Source of the DNA: Bdellovibrionales bacterium
GTDB taxonomy: Bacteria; Bdellovibrionota; Bdellovibrionia; Bdellovibrionales; UBA1609
Direction: 5' to 3'
NCBI GenBank assembly: GCA_965199825.1
Contig: OZ241329.1
Coordinates: 544,001-608,000, forward strand
Length of the DNA: 64,000 bases
Both the position numbers and the translations under genes were made by a program. The notes under the pieces were generated by a model. That model saw only the letters and a program-made list of their open reading frames with translations, was not told the DNA's origin and did no database searches. Positions 10,575 to 21,462 of this stretch are shown piece after piece. The stretch's first letter is position 1. Each line of letters begins with the position of its first letter.

Positions 10575-12224
10575 CTATTCCTTTTTCACGAGCCACAAGT
10601 TAAACGCACCAGCCGCCTTGTCATTATCGCGCTCTAGCAGCGCCATAATTCTTTCTTTGAGCAACTCACTTTCGGCTTTGTCGGGATCAAGAGTTTCATG
10701 AAAAGCCGGGAGCGCGCCGTTCATCCCAGGAAGAGTGTTGTCGGAAGCCTGCAGTTGCTCAAGCTCCTCGATCGTTCGTGGCAACATCTCTTCAACAGAA
10801 TCTTGAAACGATTCGGTAATCCATCGCATAAATGGTCTGATCACCGTAAAAAAGAAAAAGGTCAGTGCAAGCCCAAGAAGTGACCATTTGAAAAGAGAAT
10901 GAAGAAGTTTTTTTCGCTCAAAACTTGTCAGGATTTTTTCGGACTCACTAAAATCTTCTTTTTGAAAAGCCATGCTCTCGATTTTGACCGAGTCGCCGCG
11001 AGCAGTACTAAAACCAATGGCACTCTTCACCAAATTTTCGTACTTCGCTAAATCCTCAACCGTGTGTGGCTTCCATGTCTCGGTCATTTTGCCATCGGCA
11101 CCCTTTTCCATTGTGGTGACGCCGTCGACCAATACCGCAACCGAAATTCTTTCGATCCCGCCCGCAGATTCTCTAATATTTCTTACCGTTTTTGGAACTG
11201 CATAATTTGTGGTGGTCAGTTCTTTACGTACATTTTGTTTAAAGCCCACTTCGGATTTTTCATCGGCACTGCCCGGAAGATTCGCTCGTGCACCGGGAAC
11301 TCCCGCAGGATTTGTGCGTGCGCCGTCGAGCATCTCTTCTTCTTTTTGATTGCTTCGAATGGCTGTGGCATCGGGATCGACTTTTTCTTCCACTGTGGTG
11401 GTGTGTCGAGGATTAAGTGCCACACTCACGCGCGCAATCACCTTTCCGGTTCCGGCAACGCGAGCAAGAATCGATTCGATGCGCTCTTCGAATCCTTCTT
11501 CCATTTGTGTTTTCATGCCTGCAAGTTCTGAAGAGCCTGCCGATTCTGCCGAAGAATTTCGCGATAAAGTTTTTCCGCGTGAATCAACAACCGTTACTTT
11601 TGAGGGATCAAGACCTTCGACCGCACTGGCCACAAGGTTTATAATTCCTCTCACCTGATCATTTGATAAATTTTTGCCATCATGAAATTCAAGAATCACA
11701 CTGGCCGAAGGAGATCCACCCTCTTCGAGAAAGGTTTTTTTAGGCGGCAATGCCAAAATCACTTTAGATTGTTTTACCGCATCGAGAGTGTTGATTGCGC
11801 GCATCAACTCACCCTGGAGGGCGCGCTGATAATTAATTTTTTGGGCGTAGCTTGTGACACCAAAGTCTTGTTTATCAAACAACTCAAGGCCCACTTGGCC
11901 CACTTTGTTTGAACCAATCTCAGTCATCACGGCCATTTGTGTGGAGTGCAAAAGATCTTTTGGTACTAAAACCGTTGTGCCGTTATCCGCGAGTTGAAAT
12001 GGAATATTCTTTTTTTGTAAATTGTCGATCACTGTGGCCACTTGATCGGTGGGCACATTAGTAAATAAGGGCGCATAGTTTGAGCCCGAAACCATAAAGA
12101 TCACCGCACCCACAGCTAGCACAACAATAAGGGCTGCACCAATCATCGATAAGCGCTTGATTGGGGTCAGACCTTTTTGAAATTCGCTAAACTGCTGGAC
12201 GAGCTTTTCTAAAAGCTTATTCAC
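10575..12224 (-). CDS. fliF: flagellar M-ring protein FliF
   Basis: Two TM segments; GLELFD..QKINYQRALQGEL; LVASAVEGL. Confidence 0.96.
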   Translation of the reverse strand: MNKLLEKLVQQFSEFQKGLTPIKRLSMIGAALIVVLAVGAVIFMVSGSNYAPLFTNVPTDQVATVIDNLQKKNIPFQLADNGTTVLVPKDLLHSTQMAVMTEIGSNKVGQVGLELFDKQDFGVTSYAQKINYQRALQGELMRAINTLDAVKQSKVILALPPKKTFLEEGGSPSASVILEFHDGKNLSNDQVRGIINLVASAVEGLDPSKVTVVDSRGKTLSRNSSAESAGSSELAGMKTQMEEGFEERIESILARVAGTGKVIARVSVALNPRHTTTVEEKVDPDATAIRSNQKEEEMLDGARTNPAGVPGARANLPGSADEKSEVGFKQNVRKELTTTNYAVPKTVRNIRESAGGIERISVAVLVDGVTTMEKGADGKMTETWKPHTVEDLAKYENLVKSAIGFSTARGDSVKIESMAFQKEDFSESEKILTSFERKKLLHSLFKWSLLGLALTFFFFTVIRPFMRWITESFQDSVEEMLPRTIEELEQLQASDNTLPGMNGALPAFHETLDPDKAESELLKERIMALLERDNDKAAGAFNLWLVKKE

Positions 12225-12225
12225 A

Positions 12226-12552
12226 TCACACCTGCATTTTCATAATTTCTTGATACGCATCGATAATTTTATTGCGAACTTGCAACATTAATTTAAGTGA
12301 GATGTCGGCTTTTTCTGCTGCGATCATCACATCAGGAATACTCTGAGCCTTGCCCGTAGCGAGTTTTTCCATCTGCACGTCGGAATCTTTTTGAAGTGTG
12401 TTTACACTTTCAACAGCGTCTTTCAGTGTATCCGCAAATGATTTACCTTCGCTCGCACCGTCGATGGATTGAGCTTTTTCATTGCGTGACTGACCGAGTT
12501 CCCGTGTAGAACCTATCAAATTTTCTGCGTTCGAAATTGTTAAACCGTCCAT
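12226..12552 (-). CDS. fliE: flagellar hook-basal body protein FliE
   Basis: VRNKIIDAYQEIMKMQV C-terminus. Confidence 0.95.
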   Translation of the reverse strand: MDGLTISNAENLIGSTRELGQSRNEKAQSIDGASEGKSFADTLKDAVESVNTLQKDSDVQMEKLATGKAQSIPDVMIAAEKADISLKLMLQVRNKIIDAYQEIMKMQV

Positions 12553-12591
12553 GGCTCAACCCCCAATAAATAAAGTTTAACAGCTTAAGTT

Positions 12592-13029
12592 CTATCGTCC
12601 AATCTCTAAGGCGCTCATGGCCATATCTTTTGTTGCCTGCATGGCCGAGACGTTAGCCTCGTAAGACCGAGTTGCAGATAACATATTGGCCATTTCTTCC
12701 ATCATGTTGATGTTGGGATAGGCCACATAGCCATCGGGATTGGCATCGGGATTGTCGGGTTCGTATTTCAGAAGAGGTGCTTTTTGATCTGAAATCACAT
12801 CAGTCACTTGAACGCGCTGAAGGGATTGCTCACCTTGATCGGTCATCACGTCACCAAAACTTTTTGAGTCGGGCATCGCTTCAAAGACAACGTCTTTGCG
12901 GCGATAAGGACCACCTTCATTGGTGCGAGTGGTATTGATGTTTGCGATGTTACTCGAAACAGTGTTCATGCGCTGACGTTGAGCCGCAAGTCCACTCGCC
13001 GAAATTCTCATCCCCGTAGAAAAATCCAT
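12592..13029 (-). CDS. flgC: basal body rod protein FlgC
   Basis: SGLAAQRQRMNTVSSNIAN, GGPYRRK, PDANPDGYV. Confidence 0.96.
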   Translation of the reverse strand: MDFSTGMRISASGLAAQRQRMNTVSSNIANINTTRTNEGGPYRRKDVVFEAMPDSKSFGDVMTDQGEQSLQRVQVTDVISDQKAPLLKYEPDNPDANPDGYVAYPNINMMEEMANMLSATRSYEANVSAMQATKDMAMSALEIGR

Positions 13030-13442
13030 TATTTACCTCCCTCGGTCACAGCGTAACGAAGGCTTGCCAATTTTTTATTGATCAATTGGATAGCTGCTTT
13101 GTAGAGAATGGTATTCTCTGCAAGATTGGCCATTTCTTTTTCTAAATCCACCGTGTTTTTATCATTGGTGGTGTTGATATCAGGATTGTCATACACGTCG
13201 GCTTTAAGATGACCCACCGAACCTTGGCCCACAATAAAATGATCTTCGTGATCGGTGTTCATCGCGCCCACACCTTCGCGATCAATCGCAGCAGAGAGTG
13301 CACCTTCAAAATCTAATTTTTTTGCTTTGTATCCAGGTGTCTCGGCATTGGCGATATTTGCTGAAGTAACGCTATTGCGCATGAGCCGCATGTCGGCAGC
13401 GGTATTGAGGGCCGATGTTGTTTTGTCAAACAACCCACTCAT
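13029..13442 (-). CDS. flgB: basal body rod protein FlgB
   Basis: [21 protein letters not shown]. Confidence 0.95.
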   Translation of the reverse strand: MSGLFDKTTSALNTAADMRLMRNSVTSANIANAETPGYKAKKLDFEGALSAAIDREGVGAMNTDHEDHFIVGQGSVGHLKADVYDNPDINTTNDKNTVDLEKEMANLAENTILYKAAIQLINKKLASLRYAVTEGGK

Positions 13443-14377
13443 GCAGCAACCCCACTGTACTCATGAAGTTTGTTGCGAAGAGTGCGAACACTAATCCCTA
13501 AAAGTTTAGCCGCCTGAGTGCGATTTTGACCGGTGTGTTCAAGAGTTTTAAAAATAAGATGGCGCTCCACTTGGCTCACTGTCATTCCAACTGCTAAACC
13601 ACTCTCATTGTTTGAGGCCTGATAATTTTCGATCAATACTTCGTGCTCGCGCAATTCTTGCGAACCAGTGAGCAACACCGAACGCTCAATCACGTTTTTT
13701 AATTCGCGAACATTTCCTGGCCAATTCCAGCTCATCAATTTTTGTAAAGCTTGGGGATGTAAAACACGTTTTGCCAAACCATTTTCGTTACACGAAAGAT
13801 CCAAAAAATGGCGGGCTAAAAGTTCGATATCTTTTTTGCGCTCGCGCAGTGGCGGGATTCTTAATGGGATTACATTCAAACGATAGTAAAGATCTTCGCG
13901 AAAGCGGCCTTCTTTCACTTCTTTTTGCAGTTCGCGATTGCTCGTTGCAATCACTCGCACGTTGACCTTTGTGGAAGTGTTTGAGCCTAAGCGCTCCACT
14001 TCGCCTTCTTGCAATACGCGCAATAATTTAGCCTGCAGGTTCAAAGGGATTTCGGTAATTTCATCCAGCAAAAATGAGCTGTTGTGAGCCATCTCAAATT
14101 TGCCGATTTTTCTTTGATCGGCACCGGTAAAAGCACCGCGCTCGTAACCAAACAGTTCACTTTCCAAAAGATTTTCGGGAACAGCTGCACAGTTGACCGC
14201 AGTAAAAGGTCGGCCTGAGCGATTGCTTTTGGCGTGAAGGTAGCGCGCGATCAATTCTTTCCCCGTTCCGCTTTCACCACAAATCAAAACGCTTGCACGA
14301 CTTTGCGCCACATTTTCGGCGATAGTTAAAACTCTGCGTAAATTTAGATCGGCTGTGTGGATCTCATGAGTGGACAT
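13439..14377 (-). CDS. sigma54-dependent activator without receiver domain (FlgR-like)
   Basis: [14 protein letters not shown] and C-terminal Fis-type HTH; no N-terminal REC domain. Confidence 0.9.
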   Translation of the reverse strand: MSTHEIHTADLNLRRVLTIAENVAQSRASVLICGESGTGKELIARYLHAKSNRSGRPFTAVNCAAVPENLLESELFGYERGAFTGADQRKIGKFEMAHNSSFLLDEITEIPLNLQAKLLRVLQEGEVERLGSNTSTKVNVRVIATSNRELQKEVKEGRFREDLYYRLNVIPLRIPPLRERKKDIELLARHFLDLSCNENGLAKRVLHPQALQKLMSWNWPGNVRELKNVIERSVLLTGSQELREHEVLIENYQASNNESGLAVGMTVSQVERHLIFKTLEHTGQNRTQAAKLLGISVRTLRNKLHEYSGVAA

Positions 14378-17202
14378 TATTCGACCTCCGTCATTGCAGG
14401 AATGCGTTTGATGTAGTGTTTGTATTCATCCTGCCATTCAGCGTTCTTTAATTTTTCTTGGGCCAGCTTTTGATACATTTGGTTTTTATCACCTTCTAAT
14501 CGACTCCAAATTTGAGCCGCATTTTTGATGTCGCCTTTTTTAAAATAAATCTGTCCCATTTGATATCTTACCGAGCCCAAAGGCTTAGTGACTTCAAATT
14601 CATCCAGCAATTGCTGATATGTCTCTGCTGCTGCAAGTTGCTCGCCTTTCTCCATTAGCGCATCACCGCGAGCTCGCAGAGTTTTGGCCCAAACATCTGG
14701 CGAGATTTTGACGCTTTTCTTTTTTTGTTCGGCAATTTGATCGAAAGCTTTCAATGCGCCTTCAGGATTTTTTTGGGCTAAACGAATTTCGCCTAATTTT
14801 AAAATTGCGGGAAGCAGAAATTGGGTTTGTCCCTTGTAAGTCTCAGTCAAAGCTTTCAAAGCTTGCTCGGCTCGACCTAAATCCCCACGAGCCTCGGCCA
14901 CTTCGGCATTGAGTTCAACACGCTCCACTTTTTCTGCGTCGCTCAAAACTTTTTCGTCTTTGATCTGATTTAAATAAGTTTGCGATTCGCTGTACTCACG
15001 CCCTTCGGCCTTTACCGCAGCTAGACGAAGAGCCACACTTTCACGGTGCGGAAGATTCTCTAAAACTTTGCGCTCTTTTTCTTCGGTGGTGTTGTGAATG
15101 CGATCGAGAGTTTTTAAGATATCGCTATAATTTTTTTCTGACTCTTTAAGAACTCCCGCTTTTTCATAGGCACGAGCCAATGAAAATGGAATGTCCAAAC
15201 GATTGTGATTTTTGAGCCACGTGTTGCTGTAATGACTTGCGGTTTGGAGTGGCTTTAAAAATTGCTCAGACTCCACATCATTCGAAATCACTTGAGCAAG
15301 GTTCGACACAATCCGGCCCTTAAAAACTTCGAGGTTCGAAGTGATGGGGTTAGCTTGATAATAATGGATTAAGTCTTCAGCCGCCTGAGTGTATTCCCCG
15401 CGCCGCTTGTATCCGTCGGCTTTGATCAAAGTCACAAATTGCGACATATCTGGAAGTGCCGCATTTTTTGCGATGTGATCCATCTCTTCAATCGAACGGT
15501 TAAGTTCTTTGGGCTTCATCCCCTTCATTCTTTGGGCAAGCATTCGGATCAAAGCGACATCTGCACCGGGATTGCCGTGATAGCGAAAATTACTTTCTAA
15601 AAATGCGCCCATCACTTGTTTTTGATCTGCACCCAAAATTTCTAAAACCTCGCCCACACGAGTCATCGCATATCCGCCGTGGGCTCCGGTTGGAAAATTT
15701 TTGAGATACTGCACATAGTTGGTGAGCGAAGGTTGATATTTACCAAGCCAAAATTGAGCTTCGGCCATATTAAAAAAAGCATTTGGAAATTTACTTTGAT
15801 ACGCAGGGTAACGCTTTAAAACATCGGCATACAGCTCTGCGGCTTTGGCGTAATTTTTTTGGCTAAAATAAACATCACCCATGCGGTACTGAGCCTCAAC
15901 CGATTCTGCAGGGGTCTTGCTGTGGTCACGAATATCACTATAAACGTTGAGAGCATCGTCAAATTTATTTAAGATCAAATACGCATCGGCTAACGCTTTT
16001 TTGGCGCCGTCAATTGCGGTTGACTGAGGATATTTTTGGATAAAATTTGAAAAAGACTGAATGGTATCAAGACCGCTTTTTTGATCAAGATCCATATAAG
16101 CAAGCATCAGATCTGTTCGCTCGGTCAAAACCGAATTGGGAAAATTCTTAACCAAATATTGATACTGCACTCTTACCGCTTCAAGCTCTTCTTTTTTGCC
16201 CGACTCTAAAAAGAAATTGTAATGAATCTCGGCAATCACATTGCGAACGATTTCTTCATAAGTTGATTTTGGATAATTTTTTAAAAAGTATCCCGCCGCT
16301 TTTAAACACAAAGCGGGACGATCATTTTTAAACAAAGTCAAAATCAGTTTGGCTTCTTTGCTCTCTTGAGTCTCTTTAACGTTGATTTCATATTCAGGAG
16401 GATTTGCGACCATCTCTGACAGACGGCTTGTCTCCATCTTGAGCATTGGAAAATGAACATAAATATTTTGGCGGCTCGCAATGAGCGACTCTTCTTTGAT
16501 TTGATAGTCTTTAATCAAAAATCTTTTAAAGTGAGGGTCTGATCCGTCATAAGCGCCACTTTGAAATGACGAATAGGTGTCTTGATCATTGTTTTCGACC
16601 TTTGAAACCTCGATAAATTCGGTTCCAGCTGGAACGCGCGAAATCTTTTTGTAATCTCCCGACATCTCAACCTGAGGTTGAATCTTCTTTTTTAAAACTT
16701 TCGGAGCTTGAACTAAAACCGCAGCTGGTGATTTCTTTTGCTGATAAAAATCAATAATTAGGCGCGAGGGTTGATCGGTCAAATAATCAAAGCTTTCGAC
16801 ATCTGAGTTTTTTAATTTAAAAACAACTTCGGTCTTATTGTCTTTAGCCGAAGGATTGATCTCAACACTCTCAACAAGATCGTTCTTCAAACTCTTAAGC
16901 TGGACTTCTGTTGAGGGATCGATCATCGGTATAAACAAATGTAGTTTTTTATCAGCCGATCTTTTAACTTCGTAATCCCATTGATTGCGCCCTTGAAATT
17001 CAACATGAGTGGTATCTTGAGTTTTTTCGATCAGACCTTTAACAAAGACATTGGGATCTTGGGCAAAAGCATTTGTCACCATCACCAAAATAAAAAATGC
17101 AGCCTTTTGGCCGTATCGAGATTCCGACGTTTTATTTCCAACGCCGTCAATGTTCCGATGATTTTTAGCTTTTTTGTTCAATCGACTTCCCCCACTTAGC
17201 AT
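14377..17202 (-). CDS. large exported tetratricopeptide-repeat protein heading the flagellar operon
   Basis: Repeated TPR-like helices ([10 protein letters not shown], ..YP.S); true start probably downstream of 17202. Confidence 0.85.
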   Translation of the reverse strand: MLSGGSRLNKKAKNHRNIDGVGNKTSESRYGQKAAFFILVMVTNAFAQDPNVFVKGLIEKTQDTTHVEFQGRNQWDYEVKRSADKKLHLFIPMIDPSTEVQLKSLKNDLVESVEINPSAKDNKTEVVFKLKNSDVESFDYLTDQPSRLIIDFYQQKKSPAAVLVQAPKVLKKKIQPQVEMSGDYKKISRVPAGTEFIEVSKVENNDQDTYSSFQSGAYDGSDPHFKRFLIKDYQIKEESLIASRQNIYVHFPMLKMETSRLSEMVANPPEYEINVKETQESKEAKLILTLFKNDRPALCLKAAGYFLKNYPKSTYEEIVRNVIAEIHYNFFLESGKKEELEAVRVQYQYLVKNFPNSVLTERTDLMLAYMDLDQKSGLDTIQSFSNFIQKYPQSTAIDGAKKALADAYLILNKFDDALNVYSDIRDHSKTPAESVEAQYRMGDVYFSQKNYAKAAELYADVLKRYPAYQSKFPNAFFNMAEAQFWLGKYQPSLTNYVQYLKNFPTGAHGGYAMTRVGEVLEILGADQKQVMGAFLESNFRYHGNPGADVALIRMLAQRMKGMKPKELNRSIEEMDHIAKNAALPDMSQFVTLIKADGYKRRGEYTQAAEDLIHYYQANPITSNLEVFKGRIVSNLAQVISNDVESEQFLKPLQTASHYSNTWLKNHNRLDIPFSLARAYEKAGVLKESEKNYSDILKTLDRIHNTTEEKERKVLENLPHRESVALRLAAVKAEGREYSESQTYLNQIKDEKVLSDAEKVERVELNAEVAEARGDLGRAEQALKALTETYKGQTQFLLPAILKLGEIRLAQKNPEGALKAFDQIAEQKKKSVKISPDVWAKTLRARGDALMEKGEQLAAAETYQQLLDEFEVTKPLGSVRYQMGQIYFKKGDIKNAAQIWSRLEGDKNQMYQKLAQEKLKNAEWQDEYKHYIKRIPAMTEVE

Positions 17203-17205
17203 CAG

Positions 17206-17221
17206 AGCAGAATCGATGCCA
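17206..17221 (-). promoter_or_regulatory. sigma54 -24/-12 promoter of the flagellar operon
   Basis: Minus strand TGGCATC-GATT-CTGCT matches the TGGCAC-N5-TTGC spacing. Confidence 0.65.
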
Positions 17222-17277
17222 ACTGGACGTTGACCTTTGACTTAGGCCTTTAGATGAGGCTTGATAATGGGTGAATT

Positions 17278-17775
17278 ATGAATACATCTTTGAGAATTCT
17301 TCTTCGTACTTTTTTATTTTTTTCGATGGTCGGTTGTGTCTCTGTAGGTATCAGCGACACAAAAATTGAGCGCGCGCGTGCGGTTCACTTTCGAGCACCG
17401 ACCTCCCCTTACGCTGAAGTTGCTCATGGCAACCTCGACCGACTTTGGAAAAATTCGAGCAACGGCAATACCATTTCTTATTTATCCGAGTGCTCCGAAA
17501 CCAATGATCCAGATTTAGTGGCGGTACAAACCGGAATTTTGCGTGGTGTGAGCCAGCTCAATATTTTAAAGAGCGACACTATTACATATAATGATCGCGA
17601 AGCTCTTCACACCGTCGCAACCGGAAAAGTCGATGGCGTTGCCACAACGATGGAACTTATGATTTTTAAAAAAAATGGCTGCCTCTACACTTTGAATTAT
17701 GTGGGTCTGGCGTCGCACTTTAATAAAGACCAAAAAATCTTTAATGACTTTATCGGTCAATATCGAGCTCCATGA
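17278..17775 (+). CDS. lipoprotein, PsbP/DcrB-like fold, coupled to the mla operon
   Basis: Lipobox MVGC; stop overlaps the mlaE start (ATGA). Confidence 0.7.
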   Translation: MNTSLRILLRTFLFFSMVGCVSVGISDTKIERARAVHFRAPTSPYAEVAHGNLDRLWKNSSNGNTISYLSECSETNDPDLVAVQTGILRGVSQLNILKSDTITYNDREALHTVATGKVDGVATTMELMIFKKNGCLYTLNYVGLASHFNKDQKIFNDFIGQYRAP

Positions 17776-18533
17776 AGGACACCCATTTTTTAAAATTTGT
17801 TGGTGGCAATTCTCTTTTAACTCGCCAAGTGTTTGTCGAAGTTTTTCGTCGCCCTATCTATCCCCGACTGATCGTCGAACAGATTTATCGAGTGGGAGTC
17901 AAATCCATTCCGCTTGTTCTCATCACCGCTGGGAGTACGGGCATGGTGATGGCTTTGCAATTTGGCACAGGCCTCGAAAAATTTGGCGGCAAATTATATG
18001 TTCCAAAAATTGTGAGCCTCTCGATCATTCGTGAGCTTGGCCCTGTGTTTACATGTTTGATGCTTGCAGCCCGTATTAGTGCGGGCCTCACTTCAGAGAT
18101 CGGCTCGATGAATGTGACCCAACAGATCGATGCGATCCGCGCTCTAGGAACTTCGCCAATAAAACGAATTGTGATTCCACGAGTGATTGCGTGCTTAATT
18201 TCGGTGCCTCTTCTTGCAGCTATGGCCAATGTGATAGGCGTTGCAGGAGGATTATTTGTTGGGGTCAATGATTTGGGGCTTGATCCATTTTTTTATATGC
18301 AAAAAATTAGCGAGACCATTTATATCGGCGATTTTTTATCGGGCATTTTAAAGACCCCATTTTTTGCGATGTTTATCTCGATCCCTGCTTGTTATTATGG
18401 ATTGACGGTTCAGGGCGGCACCCAAGGTGTGGGCAACAACACAACAAAATCGGTTGTGACCTCATGCACATTGATTTTGATTGGTGATTTCTTTTTGACC
18501 AAACTCTTTTTGATTTTTGAGCACATGCGGTGA
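17772..18533 (+). CDS. mlaE: MlaE-family ABC permease
   Basis: RELGPV, EIGSMNVTQQIDAIRALG motifs. Confidence 0.92.
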   Translation: MKDTHFLKFVGGNSLLTRQVFVEVFRRPIYPRLIVEQIYRVGVKSIPLVLITAGSTGMVMALQFGTGLEKFGGKLYVPKIVSLSIIRELGPVFTCLMLAARISAGLTSEIGSMNVTQQIDAIRALGTSPIKRIVIPRVIACLISVPLLAAMANVIGVAGGLFVGVNDLGLDPFFYMQKISETIYIGDFLSGILKTPFFAMFISIPACYYGLTVQGGTQGVGNNTTKSVVTSCTLILIGDFFLTKLFLIFEHMR

Positions 18534-19258
18534 TTGAGCTTGCCCACTTTCAAAAATCTTTCGAAGGCAAAGTGATTCATCGTGATATCAGCTTTAAGGT
18601 GAACGATGGAGAATGCCTTGGATTGATTGGCGGATCGGGTGTTGGAAAATCGGTGATCTGCCGAAGTCTGATCGGCTTAGAAAAACCAGACAAGGGCGAA
18701 ATCTTTATTGATGGTATTCCCATTTCAAAAATGGATGAGGATCAACTGATCGCCATCCGCCGCAAGGTGGCTTATGTATTTCAAAACGGGGCCTTATTTG
18801 ATTCTATGACGGTGTTTGATAATTTGGCTTACCCCTTACGAGAGCACACCGACATGACCGAGTCAGAAATTGAGTCGCGCATCACCGAGCAGCTCTCTGA
18901 ATTTGGAATGGAAAAATCGGTCAACCTTTACCCTTCAGAACTGTCGGGCGGAATGCAAAAGCGGGTGGGTCTTGCCCGCGCCATTATTTTAAGACCAAAA
19001 ATAGTTTTGTACGACGAGCCCACCGCCGGACTTGATCCCTTTAATACAATTCGAATTCAAGAGATGATCTTGCGTCTAAAAGCCCGCGGGGTCACAAGCG
19101 TTTTTGTTTCGCATGATGTGCCAAGTATCTATGCGGTGTGTGACCGAGTGGCGCTCTTGATGGGCGGAGTTGTAAAGGCCTTTGGAACTCTCAAAGATCT
19201 CGAGCAACAAGAAGGCAGTTTGCTTAAAAAGTTTATGAACGGTGAGGAAACAACATGA
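18530..19258 (+). CDS. mlaF: MlaF-family ABC ATPase
   Basis: GGSGVGKS, LSGGMQKRVGLARA, YDEPTAGLDP. Confidence 0.92.
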   Translation: MIELAHFQKSFEGKVIHRDISFKVNDGECLGLIGGSGVGKSVICRSLIGLEKPDKGEIFIDGIPISKMDEDQLIAIRRKVAYVFQNGALFDSMTVFDNLAYPLREHTDMTESEIESRITEQLSEFGMEKSVNLYPSELSGGMQKRVGLARAIILRPKIVLYDEPTAGLDPFNTIRIQEMILRLKARGVTSVFVSHDVPSIYAVCDRVALLMGGVVKAFGTLKDLEQQEGSLLKKFMNGEETT

Positions 19259-20073
19259 AGCAAAATAACACAACAAACGACGCTAAAGTGGGTTTGTTTG
19301 TTTCGCTAGGTATCACAGCGGTCTTGATTTCGATTTTAGTATTCGGTGGAGACCGAATGTTTTTTTCATCTACCTACAGATTGCGTTTACAACTCAAAGA
19401 TGTGCAAGGCCTCGCGCCAGGAAGTGTGGTCAGTCTCGCAGGACTTCGAGTGGGCAATGTTAAAGATATTGAATTCAACACCGAAGCCAACAAGCTCGAA
19501 GTCATTTTAAGTGTCGAAAGAAAATTTCAAAACAAAATCACCACCGATGCCTCAGCCACAATCAAAACCCAAGGTGCCCTCGGCGATCGATTTATTTATA
19601 TTGATCCCCACGCCGCCCACGGCGAAATCCTAAAAGAGAACTCACTGTTATTTTCGGCAGACAGTCCCGATATTTTCGAAATGATCACCGCAAAAGGTGC
19701 CGAGTTCGGCAATATTTTAGAGGTCATCAAAGAAGTGCGAGTGTTACTCCACAGCCTGAATGAAAACGGCCGCAGCTCACAGTTTATGGAGAATATGGTT
19801 TTGATGAGTCAAAACATGAACAGTTTAGCTATGGAAGCTAAGCTTGCACTTCGCGAAGTGCGCGGCACCGACAAAGATCCACAGCTGAAGCAAACAATGA
19901 CATCACTTCATAATGTCCTCAAAAAAATTGACCAAGGCGATGGCACTTTAGGTGCGCTGATCAACGATCCATCATTACATGATCGATTGATGTCTTTTTT
20001 GGGTGAAACCCCACGCAACAAATTTATGAAGTCTTTGATTCGGCAGAGTATTCAGGATGGGGATCGGAAGTAA
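19255..20073 (+). CDS. mlaD: MlaD/MCE-domain protein
   Basis: N-terminal TM, GL.PGS.V..AGLRVG, TQGALGDRFI. Confidence 0.9.
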   Translation: MKQNNTTNDAKVGLFVSLGITAVLISILVFGGDRMFFSSTYRLRLQLKDVQGLAPGSVVSLAGLRVGNVKDIEFNTEANKLEVILSVERKFQNKITTDASATIKTQGALGDRFIYIDPHAAHGEILKENSLLFSADSPDIFEMITAKGAEFGNILEVIKEVRVLLHSLNENGRSSQFMENMVLMSQNMNSLAMEAKLALREVRGTDKDPQLKQTMTSLHNVLKKIDQGDGTLGALINDPSLHDRLMSFLGETPRNKFMKSLIRQSIQDGDRK

Positions 20074-20141
20074 GCGCGGGTTTGCGCATTGCCTGCTTTT
20101 CAGTTCTGAGCTCAATTTGTTAAGATGTAGCATACCTTCGT

Positions 20142-20951
20142 TCACTGCCTCTGGTGATGGGCACGATGGTGCCCCGAACACAGCAAAGTGAGATTCTCCA
20201 AAGTGTCAGGTCCACCCAATGACTTCGGAATTATGTGATGAATATCTAAATGCCGTCGCGCCGAACACCGTTCGCCATTTTCATCAATATGGGTGCACTG
20301 TCCTCCGTGCTGCTGATGAAGCTGACGTTTGATTGTAAGCTTGGATACACTCTGAGGCGGGCACGATTTTTTAATCGGATCTAATTTTTCCAACAATAAT
20401 TGTGTTGCCTGATCATGAACATCTTGAATAGTTGCAGCCCGTTTAAGTTTTTGGCTCAGCAAATCTTGTGCGCGTTGAATGTCGCTATATTTTTCTTCGC
20501 TCACCGCATAAGAAATTTTAATCAAAGTTGTTTCACCAACTTGTTTGTATTGCGCAAGCTCAGGAATCGCCGTCTCAGGTTTGACCTTTGCAATTTCTTT
20601 TTCAAGATTCCGTTTTGTGGTTTTGGCTTTAGCAAACCAGTCGAGAGCATTTTCTTGAGTGATCACACTCACAAGCCGATTTGCTTTTGACACCGAGAGC
20701 TCGCCCGACGCAATTTGGGTTTTAAGAGCTGGAACTTCGGTAAATTTTTTTGCGAGCTTATTAAAGATGCTCGCAAGTTCTTCTGACATTTTTAATTTTT
20801 TTGTTGAGTATTCAAAAAGCGAATTGCAATCAAACTTATAATAACTTTTGTTGCGCCACACTTGCTCAAGCGCATTGAGCAAAGCCATTTCGGTAGCTCG
20901 GTGGTTGGCGGCAGCAATCACTGCCTCGTTATGAATTTTTTGATGGCTCAT
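20142..20951 (-). CDS. HNH endonuclease with DUF222-like N-terminal domain, copy 1
   Basis: C-terminal QC..RC..LDIHHIIP.S.GG.DT.ENLTLLCSGHH; N-terminal SLFEY..LKMSE..A..GELSVSKA. Confidence 0.88.
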   Translation of the reverse strand: MSHQKIHNEAVIAAANHRATEMALLNALEQVWRNKSYYKFDCNSLFEYSTKKLKMSEELASIFNKLAKKFTEVPALKTQIASGELSVSKANRLVSVITQENALDWFAKAKTTKRNLEKEIAKVKPETAIPELAQYKQVGETTLIKISYAVSEEKYSDIQRAQDLLSQKLKRAATIQDVHDQATQLLLEKLDPIKKSCPPQSVSKLTIKRQLHQQHGGQCTHIDENGERCSARRHLDIHHIIPKSLGGPDTLENLTLLCSGHHRAHHQRQ

Positions 20952-20957
20952 AAATAT

Positions 20958-20981
20958 CTCCTATTTATAGGGAGTTTAACA
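20958..20981 (-). promoter_or_regulatory. extended -10 (TGTTAAACT) and SD (AGGAG) of HNH copy 1
   Basis: Same arrangement conserved upstream of HNH copy 2. Confidence 0.6.
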
Positions 20982-21178
20982 TGACTTTTTTAGAGGGGCC
21001 TTTTGATGGACTCATTGATGATTTTTAATAACCTGTTTTTGATTTAATATTTGCATAGAGAAGCGCGCCTTGAGGATGAGTGTTCAAAACACAATCGACT
21101 GATTCAGTTTTTGCAACTGAAGGCATTTTTTCGCATTGAAAAATGCGTCAATCTTTTTTTCGGGAGATTATGAATTTT

Positions 21179-21407
21179 GTGGGCACGATCATTTTAGATC
21201 AGAAACTACGGTGGGCACGATCATTTTTAAATCAGAGATCTAACGAAAACTCCGAAGGTGTTTGGTTTTTGTCTAGGGTTAAGCGGTGGGTAAACCTAAA
21301 ACAAAACTGGGCACGACAATTTCTAGATTAAAATTCTAACCAAATTTCCGACGGTGTTTGGTTTTTATTTAGGTTAAAACTTGATCGAGGCTAAAGAGCG
21401 GGCACGA
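21179..21407 (+). repeat. GGGCACGA-anchored direct repeats upstream of HNH copy 1
   Basis: Cores at 21181, 21213, 21309 and 21400; GTGGGCACGATCATTTT twice; a degenerate ~96 bp unit containing GGTGTTTGGTTTTT twice. Confidence 0.85.
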
Positions 21408-21462
21408 AAATTCAGACTCTAGACTAAGCACCATTCGCACTCAGGTTTAAACAACCAAACTC

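Noticed and set aside
2956..17199. Many short alternate-frame or antisense ORFs within flagellar genes
   Set aside because: Shadow ORFs of well-supported genes, with no recognisable motifs.
20142..20951. HNH proteins as IscB/Cas9-like RNA-guided nucleases
   Set aside because: No PLMP N-terminus, split RuvC motifs or Arg-rich bridge helix visible; the HNH domain is at the extreme C-terminus.
21179..21407. GGGCACGA repeats as a CRISPR array or as sigma54 -24 boxes
   Set aside because: Irregular spacing, very short conserved core, duplicated intervening sequence, and no correctly spaced TTGC -12 element.
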